A stretch of DNA of 10,041 bases. Source: a bacterium (GTDB taxonomy: Bacteria; SAR324; NAC60-12). A model generated the notes under the pieces. It was not told the DNA's origin. It worked only from the letters and a program-made list of their open reading frames with translations, and searched no databases. This document shows, one piece after another, positions 9,039-10,041 of the stretch. How positions within the stretch are numbered: position 1 is the first letter of the stretch; every line of letters begins with the position of its first letter. The stretch is taken from NCBI GenBank assembly GCA_965233585.1, contig CBDDTI010000620.1, positions 1 to 10,041 of the forward strand. Direction: 5' to 3'. Both the position numbers and the translations under genes were made by a program.

Positions 9039-9944
9039 GCAGTGTTTTCTTGTTTGCTGTTGTCGTTAGCAACATAGGCGGTAAACGAAGAGTACCAAAA
9101 ATACCCAAAGGTAAGGCTGGCTTTGTAAAAGGAACGAAGAAAACAGTTTAAGAGTAGTTTTTTTTTCCTGCTGTTTTCTAGATTTGATAGAGGGCGCGAT
9201 CAATCACAACAACAACATCGCAATTTTCGTTTATGTTCCAGCACAGCCGATTAAAAGAATCTTTTTTCATATTTGAAATTGCCTGAAGGATGGGTGTTTC
9301 GCAAACAGCTCACTAAACTTGGCGGAAACAATACGAAGTAGGCCTCGCACCGCCATGTTTGTCGTGAGTTTTGCAAACTTTAAATCTCGCACGCTGTCTT
9401 GCGATCCGTCGGGTGATCGCGTGATTTTGGGGTATATTTGGGGATAAATAATTTTTCTCAAAGGATAAGCAAAATTTATGGAGATAGGAAATTTGGAAGA
9501 TTTAATGTTGATTTAAAATAAGAATGTACGTTTTCTAACATCTATAGCTTTCTAAGAAATTTAGTGTAAAAATGCACGCAATCAATTTAAGCAGCCGCCA
9601 CATTGGATTTCCCGTTTAGACAGGAGCCCATCACTAGGAGCCTGCAACTACCCCTTATTCCCGTCACGGCGTTTTCACAGACCGTTTAAAATTTATCTCG
9701 AATTCAGATCCCCACAGGAACCTCAGTGACTAATTGCAATCATAAACATGGACTAATGTTGACATGTCGACATGTTTACGTGAGGCCGATTGTTTTATCC
9801 TTACCGAAGCGTGCTCATGTAGACTGGAACTGGCCTATTTCGTGGGAAAAAATATCTAAAAATAGACTGGTCTGTCAAAATGCCGTTGCATTGGCTTATT
9901 CTGGGAGTTGCAGGATCTTAATAATGGACTCCTGGTTTGGATAA

Positions 9945-10041
9945 GTAGTGAAGTGAAGCCTTGGAGCCAAGACTGACTCATAGCTACCGGAGCTTATTCC
10001 GGTTTCTGTAGCATGGAGCGGCTGGAAGTATTTCTACTTCC
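9945..10041 (-). mobile_element. 3' tail portion of an abundant anthozoan-type SINE (continues beyond the window)
   Basis: ccggagcttattccggtttctgtagcatggagcggctggaagtatttctact resembles the recalled reverse-complement 3' region of a common coral/sea-anemone tRNA-SINE. The diagnostic head is not in the window. Confidence 0.55.

Noticed and set aside
9744..9777. CATG cluster and palindrome acatgtcgacatgt resembling a p53 site
   Set aside because: Half-sites are imperfect and 8 bp apart rather than the 10 bp required.
9267..9944. ORFs 9267-9461 (-, containing an AACATGGCGG start-like context) and 9726-9944 (+)
   Set aside because: No homology cues or convincing in-phase donor to the T-box exons. 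CATGGCGG motifs are common in non-coding repeats and promoters.

Overview
Eukaryotic, intron-rich genomic DNA; the repeat content resembles stony coral/anthozoan genomes (recognised from memory, not searched). The minus strand carries a spliced, divergent T-box transcription factor gene. Five phase-compatible GT-AG exons are visible: 6639-6357, 5041-4892, 3488-3412, 2146-1926 and 1066-<1. The N-terminal T-box exon (LW..F..EMI.TK.GR) and the stop codon are not in the window. Introns and upstream DNA are packed with small non-autonomous repeats: TIR MITEs, TTAA-type elements, SINE pieces, and a Penelope-type hammerhead ribozyme remnant split by a MITE. The most unusual feature is five elements plus one fragment that share a non-canonical 'dumbbell' architecture. 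Each has a long terminal hairpin, usually capped by a GA/GA mismatch and a GNA-type mini-loop. It is followed by an internal region complementary to both element ends joined together, which suggests mobilisation via folded ssDNA or a tyrosine recombinase rather than ordinary cut-and-paste.
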